64,000 nucleotides of DNA from Alphaproteobacteria bacterium. Lineage in GTDB: Bacteria > Pseudomonadota > Alphaproteobacteria > SP197. The stretch spans positions 192,001 through 256,000 of the forward strand of contig OZ245842.1 in the NCBI GenBank assembly GCA_965228895.1, read 5' to 3'. Positions within the stretch are counted from its first letter, which is position 1. Each line of letters begins with the position of its first letter. The notes beneath the pieces were generated by a model. That model saw only the letters and a list, made by a program, of their open reading frames with translations. It was not told the DNA's origin and searched no databases. This document shows, piece by piece, positions 9,597-18,435 of this stretch. A program made the position numbers and the translations under genes.

Positions 9597-10118
9597 CTAT
9601 GAGGCGAACTTCGCAACCCGAGCACCCATGGCCATCAGCTTGCGCAGGACCGGGCGGGGAATGCGGCTGACCTGCTGATACCAACTGGTCATGTTGGTGA
9701 CGAAGTCGTGCATGGCGGCAATGCGGTCGGCGACCCCGGGGTCGATTGTCTTGTCGGCCGCGGCCTCGTCGCGGCAGCGCGCCAGGGTCTGCAAGAGCGG
9801 ATCGATCTCGCGCTCCTTACGCCCCTCGACGATCCGGGTCATCATCTCCCAGACGTCCTTTTCGGCGGTGAAGTGGTCGCGGCGGTCGCCCAGAACGTGG
9901 GTCAGTTCGATCAGGCGCCAGCCCTGCAGCTCTTTCAGGCACATGCTGACATTCGATCGGGCGATCGAGAGGGTTTCGGTGATCTCGTCGGCATGCAGGG
10001 GATCGTTTGCGAGATAAAGCAAGGCGTGCACCTGGGCGACCGAGCGGCTGACCCCCCAGCGCGAGCCCATCTCACCCCAATGCAGGATGAACTGTTCCAT
10101 GGCGCCGTTGAGTTTCAT
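9597..10118 (-). CDS. GbsR/MarR family transcriptional regulator
   Basis: FILHWGEMGSRWG..RSVAQVHALLYL; wHTH IARSNVSMCLKEL..W; DRRDHF.AE.D. Confidence 0.92.
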   Translation of the reverse strand: MKLNGAMEQFILHWGEMGSRWGVSRSVAQVHALLYLANDPLHADEITETLSIARSNVSMCLKELQGWRLIELTHVLGDRRDHFTAEKDVWEMMTRIVEGRKEREIDPLLQTLARCRDEAAADKTIDPGVADRIAAMHDFVTNMTSWYQQVSRIPRPVLRKLMAMGARVAKFAS

Positions 10119-10130
10119 GTAATCACCGTT

Positions 10131-10150
10131 ATTTCAGAAAAAACTGAAAT
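10131..10150. promoter_or_regulatory. putative autoregulatory operator ATTTCAG-N6-CTGAAAT
   Basis: perfect 7-bp inverted repeat 13-32 nt upstream of the regulator ATG in an AT-rich patch. Confidence 0.65.
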
Positions 10151-10212
10151 GAATGTAAGGTGTGGCGGACCATGAGTCAAGTTTGGAGGCGATTCCGCCG
10201 GAATAGGCGGTC

Positions 10213-10950
10213 TCAGTAGGCTGGCAGGGACACGCTGACGACGGTTGCCGTCTGGTCGGAGCCGTAGCGCAGCGGCGGTCCGCCTGGCAGAAAGAACAGG
10301 TCGCCGGCGGCGCCTTCAAGGCGCGTCCCCTCTGTCTCCAGCCAGAACCCGTCGTCCAAGGGCACGACGACCGCATCGATAGCCGCCGTGTCGTCGATGG
10401 CCGACTTGTTGAAGGCGGCATAGCCGATAGTCAGGCGGAAACCGTCCTGCGGGCCTGTTGTTTTGGCCATGGCGGTGCGTCCAGCAATCGACGTCGAGTC
10501 GCTGTAGTCGGCGTCAGACCGGTGAAACAGCATCACGCCGTCGAGTGATCCCAAATCATCGACCGCGCTCAGATCCTTGATGTCTTCGCCGGCTTTCCAG
10601 CCGACGATCTCCGGCCAGTTGACCGGAAAGGTCGCGTAGAAGAACCGGGACGGCGCCGTTGCGGCATAGGCGGCCCTGCCGCCCTTGGGGATGGCGACGA
10701 TGTCGCCGGTACGCAGCGCATCGGATCCGTTGGCCGTCTCCCAGGTCAAGTTATCGTCGAGCGCGACGCACAAGGCCTCGTAGTCGCAGCGATAGGCGAA
10801 CGGTCCGCCCTCGACGGTGCATAAGCCGGCGGCCATGGTTTCGCTGTTGGCCTGGGTCACGATATCGGCGACGTCGAGTTTGCCGGGCGGTCCGCCATAG
10901 GCTTCGAAGCGCGCCGTCGCGATGGACTGATGGAGGACGCGCTTCACCAC
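10213..10950 (-). CDS. EutQ-like tandem cupin (bicupin) protein
   Basis: MAAG...F.Y..DYE...GDIVAIPKG...FFYATFPVNW matches the EutQ cupin; second degenerate cupin (AGDLFFLPGG); GTG start just after the GFA stop (ORF-track N-terminus overlaps GFA and was discarded). Confidence 0.7.
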   Translation of the reverse strand: MVKRVLHQSIATARFEAYGGPPGKLDVADIVTQANSETMAAGLCTVEGGPFAYRCDYEALCVALDDNLTWETANGSDALRTGDIVAIPKGGRAAYAATAPSRFFYATFPVNWPEIVGWKAGEDIKDLSAVDDLGSLDGVMLFHRSDADYSDSTSIAGRTAMAKTTGPQDGFRLTIGYAAFNKSAIDDTAAIDAVVVPLDDGFWLETEGTRLEGAAGDLFFLPGGPPLRYGSDQTATVVSVSLPAY

Positions 10951-10954
10951 GCCG

Positions 10955-11371
10955 TCAGGCTTCGTCGGACTGGGGCAGAACGTTATCCAGATGCAGCCAG
11001 TTGAGCTTGGAGCCGACGAAGATGTGCCGCTCGCTCTCGCCGGCGCCGGGGTGGACGCCATCATCCAGGGTGCCTGGCGTGAACCAGCGCGACTGCGGTT
11101 CGTCGGCAACGTCGATTGTCATCTGGCAGCCGCAGGTCTTGCAGAAGAAACGGCTGACGCCGTCGGAACTATCGAAGCGCGTCAGGTTGTCTTCGCCTTT
11201 GACGTAGACGACGGATTCGATGGGCGCGATGGCAAGCGTGGCAAACGCCGCGCCGTGAACCTTCCGGCACATGGAACAGTGACAATGATAGAGGTCCGTC
11301 GTCGGTGCGCGAACCTCATAACGCACGGCGCCACATTGGCAGCCGCCCTGAAGCGGTAACGATGATTCCAT
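10955..11371 (-). CDS. GFA/CENP-V family Zn protein (1)
   Basis: GGCQCG, HCHCSMCRK, FFCKTCG, RHIF; ATG 11371. Confidence 0.92.
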   Translation of the reverse strand: MESSLPLQGGCQCGAVRYEVRAPTTDLYHCHCSMCRKVHGAAFATLAIAPIESVVYVKGEDNLTRFDSSDGVSRFFCKTCGCQMTIDVADEPQSRWFTPGTLDDGVHPGAGESERHIFVGSKLNWLHLDNVLPQSDEA

Positions 11372-11402
11372 TCTGGTCTCTCCGGGTTTGATCGATGTTG
11401 GT

Positions 11403-11831
11403 CTAACCGTCGCCGAACTCGATAATCTTCGGCAACGTGTCATTGGGTTCATACCAGCCGTTACGCGACTCCCAGAAGATGTGCCGGAAGTTGGCGCTTT
11501 CGGCCCCTGGATCGGCGCCGTCATCCAGGCTGCCCGCCGCATACCAGATGTCGTCGGACTGTTCGGCGTTGTCCTCGTAAACCCGACTGCCGCATGTCGC
11601 GCAGAAGAAACGATGAATGCGCTCTGAGCTGTCATAACGTGTCACGTTGTCGGCGCCTTGGGTGACGACGAACGCATCGCGTGGCACGACCACATAGGTC
11701 GGCATCAAGGCGCCCTGCAGCTTGCGGCAAATCGAGCAGTGACAGTGATAGACGTCGTCGGCCGGGGCGTTCACCTGGAAGCGCACGGCGCCGCACAGAC
11801 AGCCGCCGGTCAGTGGCTTGAAGTCCGCCAT
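11403..11831 (-). CDS. GFA/CENP-V family Zn protein (2)
   Basis: GGCLCG, HCHCSICRK, FFCATCG, RHIFWES. Confidence 0.92.
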   Translation of the reverse strand: MADFKPLTGGCLCGAVRFQVNAPADDVYHCHCSICRKLQGALMPTYVVVPRDAFVVTQGADNVTRYDSSERIHRFFCATCGSRVYEDNAEQSDDIWYAAGSLDDGADPGAESANFRHIFWESRNGWYEPNDTLPKIIEFGDG

Positions 11832-11834
11832 GAC

Positions 11835-12260
11835 TTAACCCTCACCGTAGCCGGTGTGCTTGGGCAGGTCGTCGCCCGGGTCATACCAGCTTACGCGTGA
11901 TTCCCAGAAGATATGCCGCTCCTTGTCGGCAGCGTGGCCGGGCGACTGGCCGGCATCAAGCGAGCCGAGGTTGATGAAGAACTCGTTGGGCCAGTCGTCG
12001 ACCAAGGTGAAGAGCTGACCGCCACATACACGGCAGAACTGCCGGTGCGTGCCCGGCGTGCTCTCAAAGTCGACCAGGTCGGCCTTGCCGCTGACCAGGG
12101 TGAAGGCGTCCACCGGTACAATGCCCGCACTGGCAAAGAGTGAACCGTGGGTCTTGCGACACAATGAGCAATTGCAGTGCATGACCTGCTCCATCGCTTG
12201 GCTCACCTCATAGCGCACGCCACCGCATTGGCAGCCGCCGGTTCGCAGTTGGGTTGTCAC
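11835..12260 (-). CDS. GFA/CENP-V family Zn protein (3)
   Basis: GGCQCG, HCNCSLCRK, FCRVCG, RHIFWES; GTG 12260 after GAGGAG. Confidence 0.92.
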   Translation of the reverse strand: MTTQLRTGGCQCGGVRYEVSQAMEQVMHCNCSLCRKTHGSLFASAGIVPVDAFTLVSGKADLVDFESTPGTHRQFCRVCGGQLFTLVDDWPNEFFINLGSLDAGQSPGHAADKERHIFWESRVSWYDPGDDLPKHTGYGEG

Positions 12261-12277
12261 AATCGGGTGCTCCTCAT

Positions 12278-13921
12278 TCACGAAAACAGTGGTGGGCGCA
12301 GGACGCCTAGATCGAGGTTGCGCTCCATCGCCATGGCCAGCTCGATCAAGCGGCCGTCATCATAGAGCTTGCCCCACAGCACCGAACAGTGGGGCAAGTC
12401 GTGGGTCGCCTTCGATCGGGCGGCAGCTGGCGCGTAGCTGTCATTCTTACGCGGCGCGACACCGGACGGCACGGCAATCGCCGGATGGCCCGTGCAGTTG
12501 GTGATGGTCAGAAGCGGCGTGCCTTCGGGCGGCGCCAACAGCGCATCGACCTGATCGTAGATATCGGCCATCGCTTCCATCGTGAGACGGCGCAGGCGCT
12601 CGGCCTGGATCAGGTCGACGGCTGAGATGAACCGCGCCTTGCGGAACTCGTTGGGCCAAGAAATGTCCGTTTGTTCCGGCAACTGCCGATCGCGTCCCGA
12701 CAACGTCAGATCTTCGAAGGCGGCAGCCGCCTCGGCGAACAGGATGGTTTCGAGGGAGTCATAAGGCAGCGGCGGAAGTTTGACTTTTTTGGTCCGGCAC
12801 CCCGCGCGCTTCAGCGCCTGAAGTGCTGCCCGGTCGCCGTCCGTGCCGACAGGCGGTTCGAGCCATTGGGGGTCATAGCCGATCACGGCACCCTCGACCG
12901 ATGCCTGCCCGTCGAAGCAAAACGGGATGTCGGTCGAGCCGGGATCATCGGCGTCATGACTGTTGAGCGCTTTGAGGATCAGCGCGGTATCCTCGACACC
13001 GCGGGTGAGCGGCCCGAGTTTGTCGAGTGACCAGCACAGCGCCATGGCGCCCGTCCGCGGCACGCGGCCAAAGGTCGGTCTGAGGCCCACCGTACCGCAG
13101 CGGTCGGCCGGGCTGATGATCGATCCCAGCGTCTCCGAACCGATGGCGAAACCGACACAGCCCGCAGCGACCGCCGCGCCCGAACCGGCGCTGGATCCCG
13201 ATGAGCCTTCGTCCAGGTTCCAGGGGTTGCGGGTTCGCCCGCCATGCCATACGTCGCCATAGGCCAACGCGCCGAGCGAGAGTTTGCCGGCAAGAACAGC
13301 ACCAGCCTCGTGCAGCAGACGCACCACGGCGGCGTCCTCTTCGGGCCGGCGGTCGACATAGGGCGGCGCGCCCCAGGTCGTCGCAACACCGCGCGTATCC
13401 AGCAGGTCCTTGGCGCCCCATGGAATGCCGTGCAGGGGACCGCGTCTGACACCCTTGGCAAGTTCGCGGTCGGCGTGGCGCGCCTGGGCCAAGGCGCTGT
13501 CTTCCATCAGCGTGACGACAGCGTGCAATTGCCCGTCAAAACGTTTCAGCCGGTCGAGATAGAGCCGGGTGAGGTCGACGCTGCTGATCTGCTTGCGTGC
13601 CAACCATCGGCTGAGCATGGTGACCGGTGCAAAGGCAATGTCGGTTTCGTCCGCCGGCAGTTTTCCGGCGCGCACGGACGAGCGGCGAAAACGCGCGCGC
13701 TCGGGAACCGGCGTGTCCGGCAGCAGTGGGTCGAACGTACAGGCCGGACTGAGCGAGTTGCCCAAGTCGACCTGACGCTGTGCCAGGGTTCGGTTGAGTT
13801 GCACGTCGAACGAGCGGACAAGCTGGTCGCGTTCGCTGGGCCGGTAACGGACGCCGGCAAGCTTCTCGGCCGCCGCGACATCGTCGACGTTGATCTTCGT
13901 GCGCCTGCGCCTTGATACCAT
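12278..13921 (-). CDS. amidase signature family enzyme
   Basis: HGIPWGAKD (Lys), GSSGSSAGS, IGSETLGSI Ser-cisSer-Lys triad; ATG 13921 after AAGGAG. Confidence 0.92.
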   Translation of the reverse strand: MVSRRRRTKINVDDVAAAEKLAGVRYRPSERDQLVRSFDVQLNRTLAQRQVDLGNSLSPACTFDPLLPDTPVPERARFRRSSVRAGKLPADETDIAFAPVTMLSRWLARKQISSVDLTRLYLDRLKRFDGQLHAVVTLMEDSALAQARHADRELAKGVRRGPLHGIPWGAKDLLDTRGVATTWGAPPYVDRRPEEDAAVVRLLHEAGAVLAGKLSLGALAYGDVWHGGRTRNPWNLDEGSSGSSAGSGAAVAAGCVGFAIGSETLGSIISPADRCGTVGLRPTFGRVPRTGAMALCWSLDKLGPLTRGVEDTALILKALNSHDADDPGSTDIPFCFDGQASVEGAVIGYDPQWLEPPVGTDGDRAALQALKRAGCRTKKVKLPPLPYDSLETILFAEAAAAFEDLTLSGRDRQLPEQTDISWPNEFRKARFISAVDLIQAERLRRLTMEAMADIYDQVDALLAPPEGTPLLTITNCTGHPAIAVPSGVAPRKNDSYAPAAARSKATHDLPHCSVLWGKLYDDGRLIELAMAMERNLDLGVLRPPLFS

Positions 13922-14088
13922 GGGGTCGGGCTCCTTCGAGGTGACAGGCGATGATGGCGTGATGGCGTCAGGCAATCAAACGTCGAGGTGATGACTAGCC
14001 ACGTGGTGATCACACACGGTTTTGCGCGACTTTGCCCTAGACCGGTGCTGTTGGATAATGCGCCGTATCGCGCAAGAAAGGATCGCAG

Positions 14089-15063
14089 ATGCTGAAGTTC
14101 TATGCCGTTGACGGCGAAACCCTCCGGGTGAGTGATTTTCCGGGTGGCTCCGTCGCGCCGGAAGGCCCGATCTGGTTCGATCTGCTCAATCCGACTCACG
14201 ATGAGCGCGATACGGTTGCTGCCGCCGTCAATGCGCCGGTTCCGACACGCGAGGAGATGGAGGAGATCGAGGTCTCAAGCCGGCTTCGCGACGATGACGG
14301 TGTGCTCTATCTGACCGCCACCGTCATCAGCGGCGCCGACACCCAGGATGTCAGCAGCAGCGCCATCACCTTCATGGTGGCGAACCACCGATTGGTCACC
14401 ATCCGTTATCAGGACCCCAAGCCGTTCTCCGTGGTGTCCGACAGGCTATCGCGCCTGCATGCGGCAAGTCTTTCAGGCGAACTGATCCTGATTACCTTGC
14501 TGGATGCGGTCATCGACCGACTGGCCGATGTTCTCGAACGCCAGGGCGCCGACATCGAGGCGATCTCGCGCGATATCTTTCACTATGACAGCGACGGCAA
14601 GCCGGAGGGTCATGAGTTCGATGACCTGATCCGGCGTATCGGCAGGGCCGGCGATATGACGGCGCGGGTCCGCGAAAGTCTGGTCAGTATCGCGCGCCTG
14701 CTGCTCTTCGTTATCAACAGCCCGCAGGTGCGCGGCAAGCATGTCGGGCGCGAGCGGTTCAAGACCTTGCACCGCGACGTGACGTCACTGGCCGACCACG
14801 CGACGTTCCTGGCCAACAAGACGAACTTCCTGCTCGACGCGACGCTCGGCATGATCAACATCGAGCAGACGGGCATCATCAAGATCTTTTCGGTCGCCGC
14901 CGTCGTGCTGCTGCCGCCAACCGTGATCGCGTCGATCTACGGCATGAACTTCGAGGTCATGCCGGAGCTCGACTGGGATTTCGGCTATCCCTTCGCGCTC
15001 CTGCTGATGGTGATTTCCGCCGTGCTCCCCTACCTCTGGTTCAAGCGCAAGGGTTGGCTCTAG
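14089..15063 (+). CDS. corA: CorA Mg2+/Co2+ transporter
   Basis: YGMNF signature, MPEL.W..GYP, C-terminal FKRKGWL. Confidence 0.96.
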   Translation: MLKFYAVDGETLRVSDFPGGSVAPEGPIWFDLLNPTHDERDTVAAAVNAPVPTREEMEEIEVSSRLRDDDGVLYLTATVISGADTQDVSSSAITFMVANHRLVTIRYQDPKPFSVVSDRLSRLHAASLSGELILITLLDAVIDRLADVLERQGADIEAISRDIFHYDSDGKPEGHEFDDLIRRIGRAGDMTARVRESLVSIARLLLFVINSPQVRGKHVGRERFKTLHRDVTSLADHATFLANKTNFLLDATLGMINIEQTGIIKIFSVAAVVLLPPTVIASIYGMNFEVMPELDWDFGYPFALLLMVISAVLPYLWFKRKGWL

Positions 15064-15199
15064 AGCAGATCCTGTTTTGATGGATTCGCTTCGCGATGAC
15101 ATCAAGACAGGTGAATCCGCTCTACTCATCGATAAAGAGCGGATTCACATGGTTAGATGGGACCCTCAAGCGGTCCCATCTAACCATGATCCGCTCTAG
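15060..15199 (+). repeat. 140-bp CTAG-bounded palindromic dispersed element (MITE/BRU-RS-like), copy 1
   Basis: CTAGAGCAGATC...GATCCGCTCTAG ends; perfect 17-bp internal stem CATGGTTAGATGGGACC/GGTCCCATCTAACCATG; gapless alignment to 29087-29226 and 57129-57268. Confidence 0.93.
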
Positions 15200-15205
15200 G
15201 CTTGT

Positions 15206-15880
15206 TCAGCCGCGCAGTTCCCAGGCGCGGTTCAAGAGGTCGTGCATGGGGCCGCGCCGGTGGCCAATCTTGTCGAGCGACGCCACGGTCTTGATCAGAT
15301 AATCGATGCACGGTCCGGCCGGGCCCTCGGCCAGGGCGATATGACGCGCCACGTCCTCGTCGTCGAGGCGGCCGGCATAACGTTCCATCTGCGGGTTGAT
15401 GGTAAAGACGATGGCCTGGACCGCGCCCTCATGGGTCTCCGCGTCAACCCAGCGCGGAATGTACGCATTGGACAACATTTCGCGGCGCCATACCCGGTCG
15501 GTTGCCTGTTCGATGTTCTCCGGCGCGATCGCCAGGGCCATGCCACGGCACGAGCCGCCGGGTTCCAGGCCCAGCATCAGGCCCGGTCGTTCCGGTGTGC
15601 CGCGGCCCAGGACGGTCCACAGACAGAAACGCCGGTGCCAGCCACGCACCAGGGCGGCGCGTGTTTCGGCGACGGTAAAATCGGGGTTCCACATCAAGGA
15701 GCCGTAACCGAACACCCAGACCGGTTCTCCCGGCTTGGCCGATCTCAAGAGGTCATGACGGGTTGCATCACGCTCCTCATCGCCCATCAAGTCGATGAGG
15801 CCGTCGTCAGAGGCCCGCTGAATGATCTCCGCAATCTCGGGCGTCCAGTAGTGGTCCGGGTTGATACGTTGCCGGGACAT
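15206..15880 (-). CDS. chaC: ChaC-family gamma-glutamylcyclotransferase
   Basis: VWVFGYGSLMW, RGTPERPG..LGL..GGSCRG, WRREM. Confidence 0.92.
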   Translation of the reverse strand: MSRQRINPDHYWTPEIAEIIQRASDDGLIDLMGDEERDATRHDLLRSAKPGEPVWVFGYGSLMWNPDFTVAETRAALVRGWHRRFCLWTVLGRGTPERPGLMLGLEPGGSCRGMALAIAPENIEQATDRVWRREMLSNAYIPRWVDAETHEGAVQAIVFTINPQMERYAGRLDDEDVARHIALAEGPAGPCIDYLIKTVASLDKIGHRRGPMHDLLNRAWELRG

Positions 15881-15887
15881 GCTGCGT

Positions 15888-17378
15888 CTAAACCTCGATC
15901 GCGTCGAAGGGATAGAGCGGGCGGCGGATGTTCTTGAACGTCAGCCGGCTCGAATCGGGCGAGGCCAACGCGCCGGAATCGCAGACAATGACCTTGTCGG
16001 CGATCGGTTCGTAGGCGGCGCGGAAATGCTGCATCGACTTCAGCGCCACCGTACGCTTCTCGCGTGGGTCGATCCCATTCGTCAGGAACTGCTGCATATC
16101 GGTGATTTGGATGAGATTGGTGACGACCAGAACATCGATGCCGCCGACCCGCAACACAGCGCTGGGACCGAAGTGCTTGGTCATGCCCGCCCACATCGGT
16201 CCGTCGCAAATGTATGTGCCGTCGCCGGTGTGCACGACGCTGCCTGTAAGTTCCAAGGGCGGACCACCAAAACGGGGGTCGACCTTGCCGCCGACGTCCA
16301 ACGTCACCGTGGCGCCAGGGCCAGCCTGAACCAGGGCGGCGGCCGCCTCGCCGTCACGCACGGCGCCGAAGCAGGCATCCTGTAATCGGGCATCCAGCAT
16401 CGCCTTGAGCAAATTCGTCGCATCGCCATAGGCGCCGGCGCCGGGATTGTCGGCGTAATCAGCGATGACCAGCGGCTTGCCGTTGTAGTTGTGCTGGCGC
16501 GCGATGTCGGCGGCTTGGCCAGACGTCAGATAGGTGTTGGTGACCTCGTCGCGACGTTGCCAGATGTCGTCCATCAACGCTTCGGCCATCGCCTGATAGC
16601 GCGGATCGTCGCCGTCGCCGGTCACCAAGACCGTGGGGCCGACGTCGAAAATGTCGGAGTGATGGAAGCCCGCGTTGATCGATGTGTTGAGCACGCCCGC
16701 CTCCGCCTCGAAGCCGCGCGCCTTGGCTTGCAGGTCGATCATCGGTCCGGCATCGGTGCGCCCGCCGTCGGCGCCTTCGAACAACGGGCGGCGCGCCAGG
16801 AACGTCCTGGGCCGGATCTCGCCGGCCATGGCGCGTTGCAGCAGGTCACCCGCCTGGCGACCACGTTCGGCCATGTCGATATGCGGATAGGTCTTATAGC
16901 TGCACACGATGTTGGCGAGGTCGGCCACATCCGGCCCGACATTGGCATGCAGGTCGAAGGTGACGGCGACCGGGATGTCGTTGCCGATGATGGCGCGCAC
17001 GCGTTTCAGGAGTTCGGTTTCCGCGTCCTCGTAGCTCTCGGTCACCATGGCGCCATGCAGGGCGAGCAGCACGCCGTCGACATCGCGATTGGCCTCAAGC
17101 CTATCGAGGATCAAACCGCCAAGTTCTTCGAAAGCGTCGTCCGTCACCTTGCCGCACGGGTTGGCGAAGGCGGCGACGGTATGGATGAGCTCCCAGTCAT
17201 GGGCCTCGGCCGCGGCTATGAAACCGGCAGTCTCGCTGTTGGTGCCGGTCATCTCCCGAACGATTTCCTCGGCGCCGCGAAAGCAGAACATCTTTTCGAA
17301 GGCCGGAATGTCGGCGGGTTGGACCGAAAAGGTGTTGGTCTCGTGCATGAGCTGGCCGGCCAGCACGCGAAACTTCAT
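15888..17378 (-). CDS. M81 family (MlrC-like) metallopeptidase
   Basis: HETNTFS, LHGAM, DLHAN, YPH.D, ADNPG.G..GD, KS.QHF. Confidence 0.92.
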   Translation of the reverse strand: MKFRVLAGQLMHETNTFSVQPADIPAFEKMFCFRGAEEIVREMTGTNSETAGFIAAAEAHDWELIHTVAAFANPCGKVTDDAFEELGGLILDRLEANRDVDGVLLALHGAMVTESYEDAETELLKRVRAIIGNDIPVAVTFDLHANVGPDVADLANIVCSYKTYPHIDMAERGRQAGDLLQRAMAGEIRPRTFLARRPLFEGADGGRTDAGPMIDLQAKARGFEAEAGVLNTSINAGFHHSDIFDVGPTVLVTGDGDDPRYQAMAEALMDDIWQRRDEVTNTYLTSGQAADIARQHNYNGKPLVIADYADNPGAGAYGDATNLLKAMLDARLQDACFGAVRDGEAAAALVQAGPGATVTLDVGGKVDPRFGGPPLELTGSVVHTGDGTYICDGPMWAGMTKHFGPSAVLRVGGIDVLVVTNLIQITDMQQFLTNGIDPREKRTVALKSMQHFRAAYEPIADKVIVCDSGALASPDSSRLTFKNIRRPLYPFDAIEV

Positions 17379-17387
17379 CAACTTCTC

Positions 17388-18299
17388 CTAACTGCTCTTG
17401 AGACTGCGCCAGTATTCGCGGGCGAACGCGGCATAACCGGGGATCAGCGCTTCATGCCGTGGTGCGATCTTGTGATAGGCGGCCGCCAGCGCATGGAACG
17501 GCACCGACGGAAACGTGTGATGCTCGGTATGATGGGGCATCTGCCAGGAGAGCCAACGTATCACGCCGTTGGTTTTCATGGTGCGGGTGTTCGCCAGCAT
17601 GTCGGCGGTGAATGGCAGCAGCGTGTGCTCGGCGAGCAGGTAGAACCTGAGAAACGGCATGCCGAGTACCAGCGGCAGCACCCAATAGAGGATCGGCGCC
17701 CATGAACCGGCGCTGATGGCGACCAGCGCGATGACGGCGTAGCCGGCGAGGAACAGCCGTGATTCGTGGATAACCGACTGCTTGCCGTCGTCGGGAATGT
17801 AGGGCTCGGTGACCCTGCCCAACGCGTGGCTCACGACGACCTTCGCCATCACCCACCAATAGCTTTTTATTCCCGTCAGATACCAGAGCAGTGCGCCGCG
17901 CGTGCGTGGCTTCGGCTCGCCGAGTTCCGGATCCTTGCCCTCGATCTGGGTTTCCCGATGGTGCTCGAAATGGAAGAACCTGAAGTAGGCAGGCGGCAGC
18001 ATGATGGCGAAACCGAAGACATAGGCGACCGTCTCGTTCAGCCAGCGGGACTTGAACGCCGTGCGGTGGATAACCTCGTGCAGCGGACAAAACAGAAAGG
18101 CGAGCAGGATGCCATGAATGATCATGGCGGGGACTAGAAGCCACCAGTAGGGCATCACCCACCAGATCAGCGTGCCCGTCACCAGGATGGCGAGCAGATG
18201 GCTGAACAACTGCGCCAGACCTTTCGCATCCGAACGCTCCGACAGCCGGCGCACGTCGGTGAACGAGCAGATGTCACGCCTGGCGATAAATCCTTCCAT
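17388..18299 (-). CDS. membrane fatty-acid-desaturase superfamily protein (MocD-like)
   Basis: His boxes HEVIH, FHFEHH, HTEHH plus LAEH; ATG 18299 after GAGGAG. Confidence 0.88.
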   Translation of the reverse strand: MEGFIARRDICSFTDVRRLSERSDAKGLAQLFSHLLAILVTGTLIWWVMPYWWLLVPAMIIHGILLAFLFCPLHEVIHRTAFKSRWLNETVAYVFGFAIMLPPAYFRFFHFEHHRETQIEGKDPELGEPKPRTRGALLWYLTGIKSYWWVMAKVVVSHALGRVTEPYIPDDGKQSVIHESRLFLAGYAVIALVAISAGSWAPILYWVLPLVLGMPFLRFYLLAEHTLLPFTADMLANTRTMKTNGVIRWLSWQMPHHTEHHTFPSVPFHALAAAYHKIAPRHEALIPGYAAFAREYWRSLKSS

Positions 18300-18435
18300 G
18301 TCTCCTCGGGTCAATGCGATCGGGGGCGCTATCCTGCGACGGCCCGCGCGGCCGTTCAATGACGATGACCCCATGACCCGTCCGGAGAGACGGCGTATCG
18401 TTCTGGCCCTGTGAACGCACGGAAGGGAGAGCGTC

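Noticed and set aside
15060-15199. CRISPR, tRNA or IS interpretation of the 140-bp repeat
   Set aside because: Copies are dispersed with no repeat-spacer periodicity or cas genes, lack D/T-loop consensus, and encode no transposase
15096-15302. Similar short peptides (VN.LYS...SGFTWL.GT.KR.HLTMIRSR) in ORFs 15096-15302 and 57108-57311
   Set aside because: Similarity comes from the DNA repeat; copies 1 and 2 carry an in-frame TGA near the 5' end, no clear RBS, and substitutions follow base pairing rather than codons
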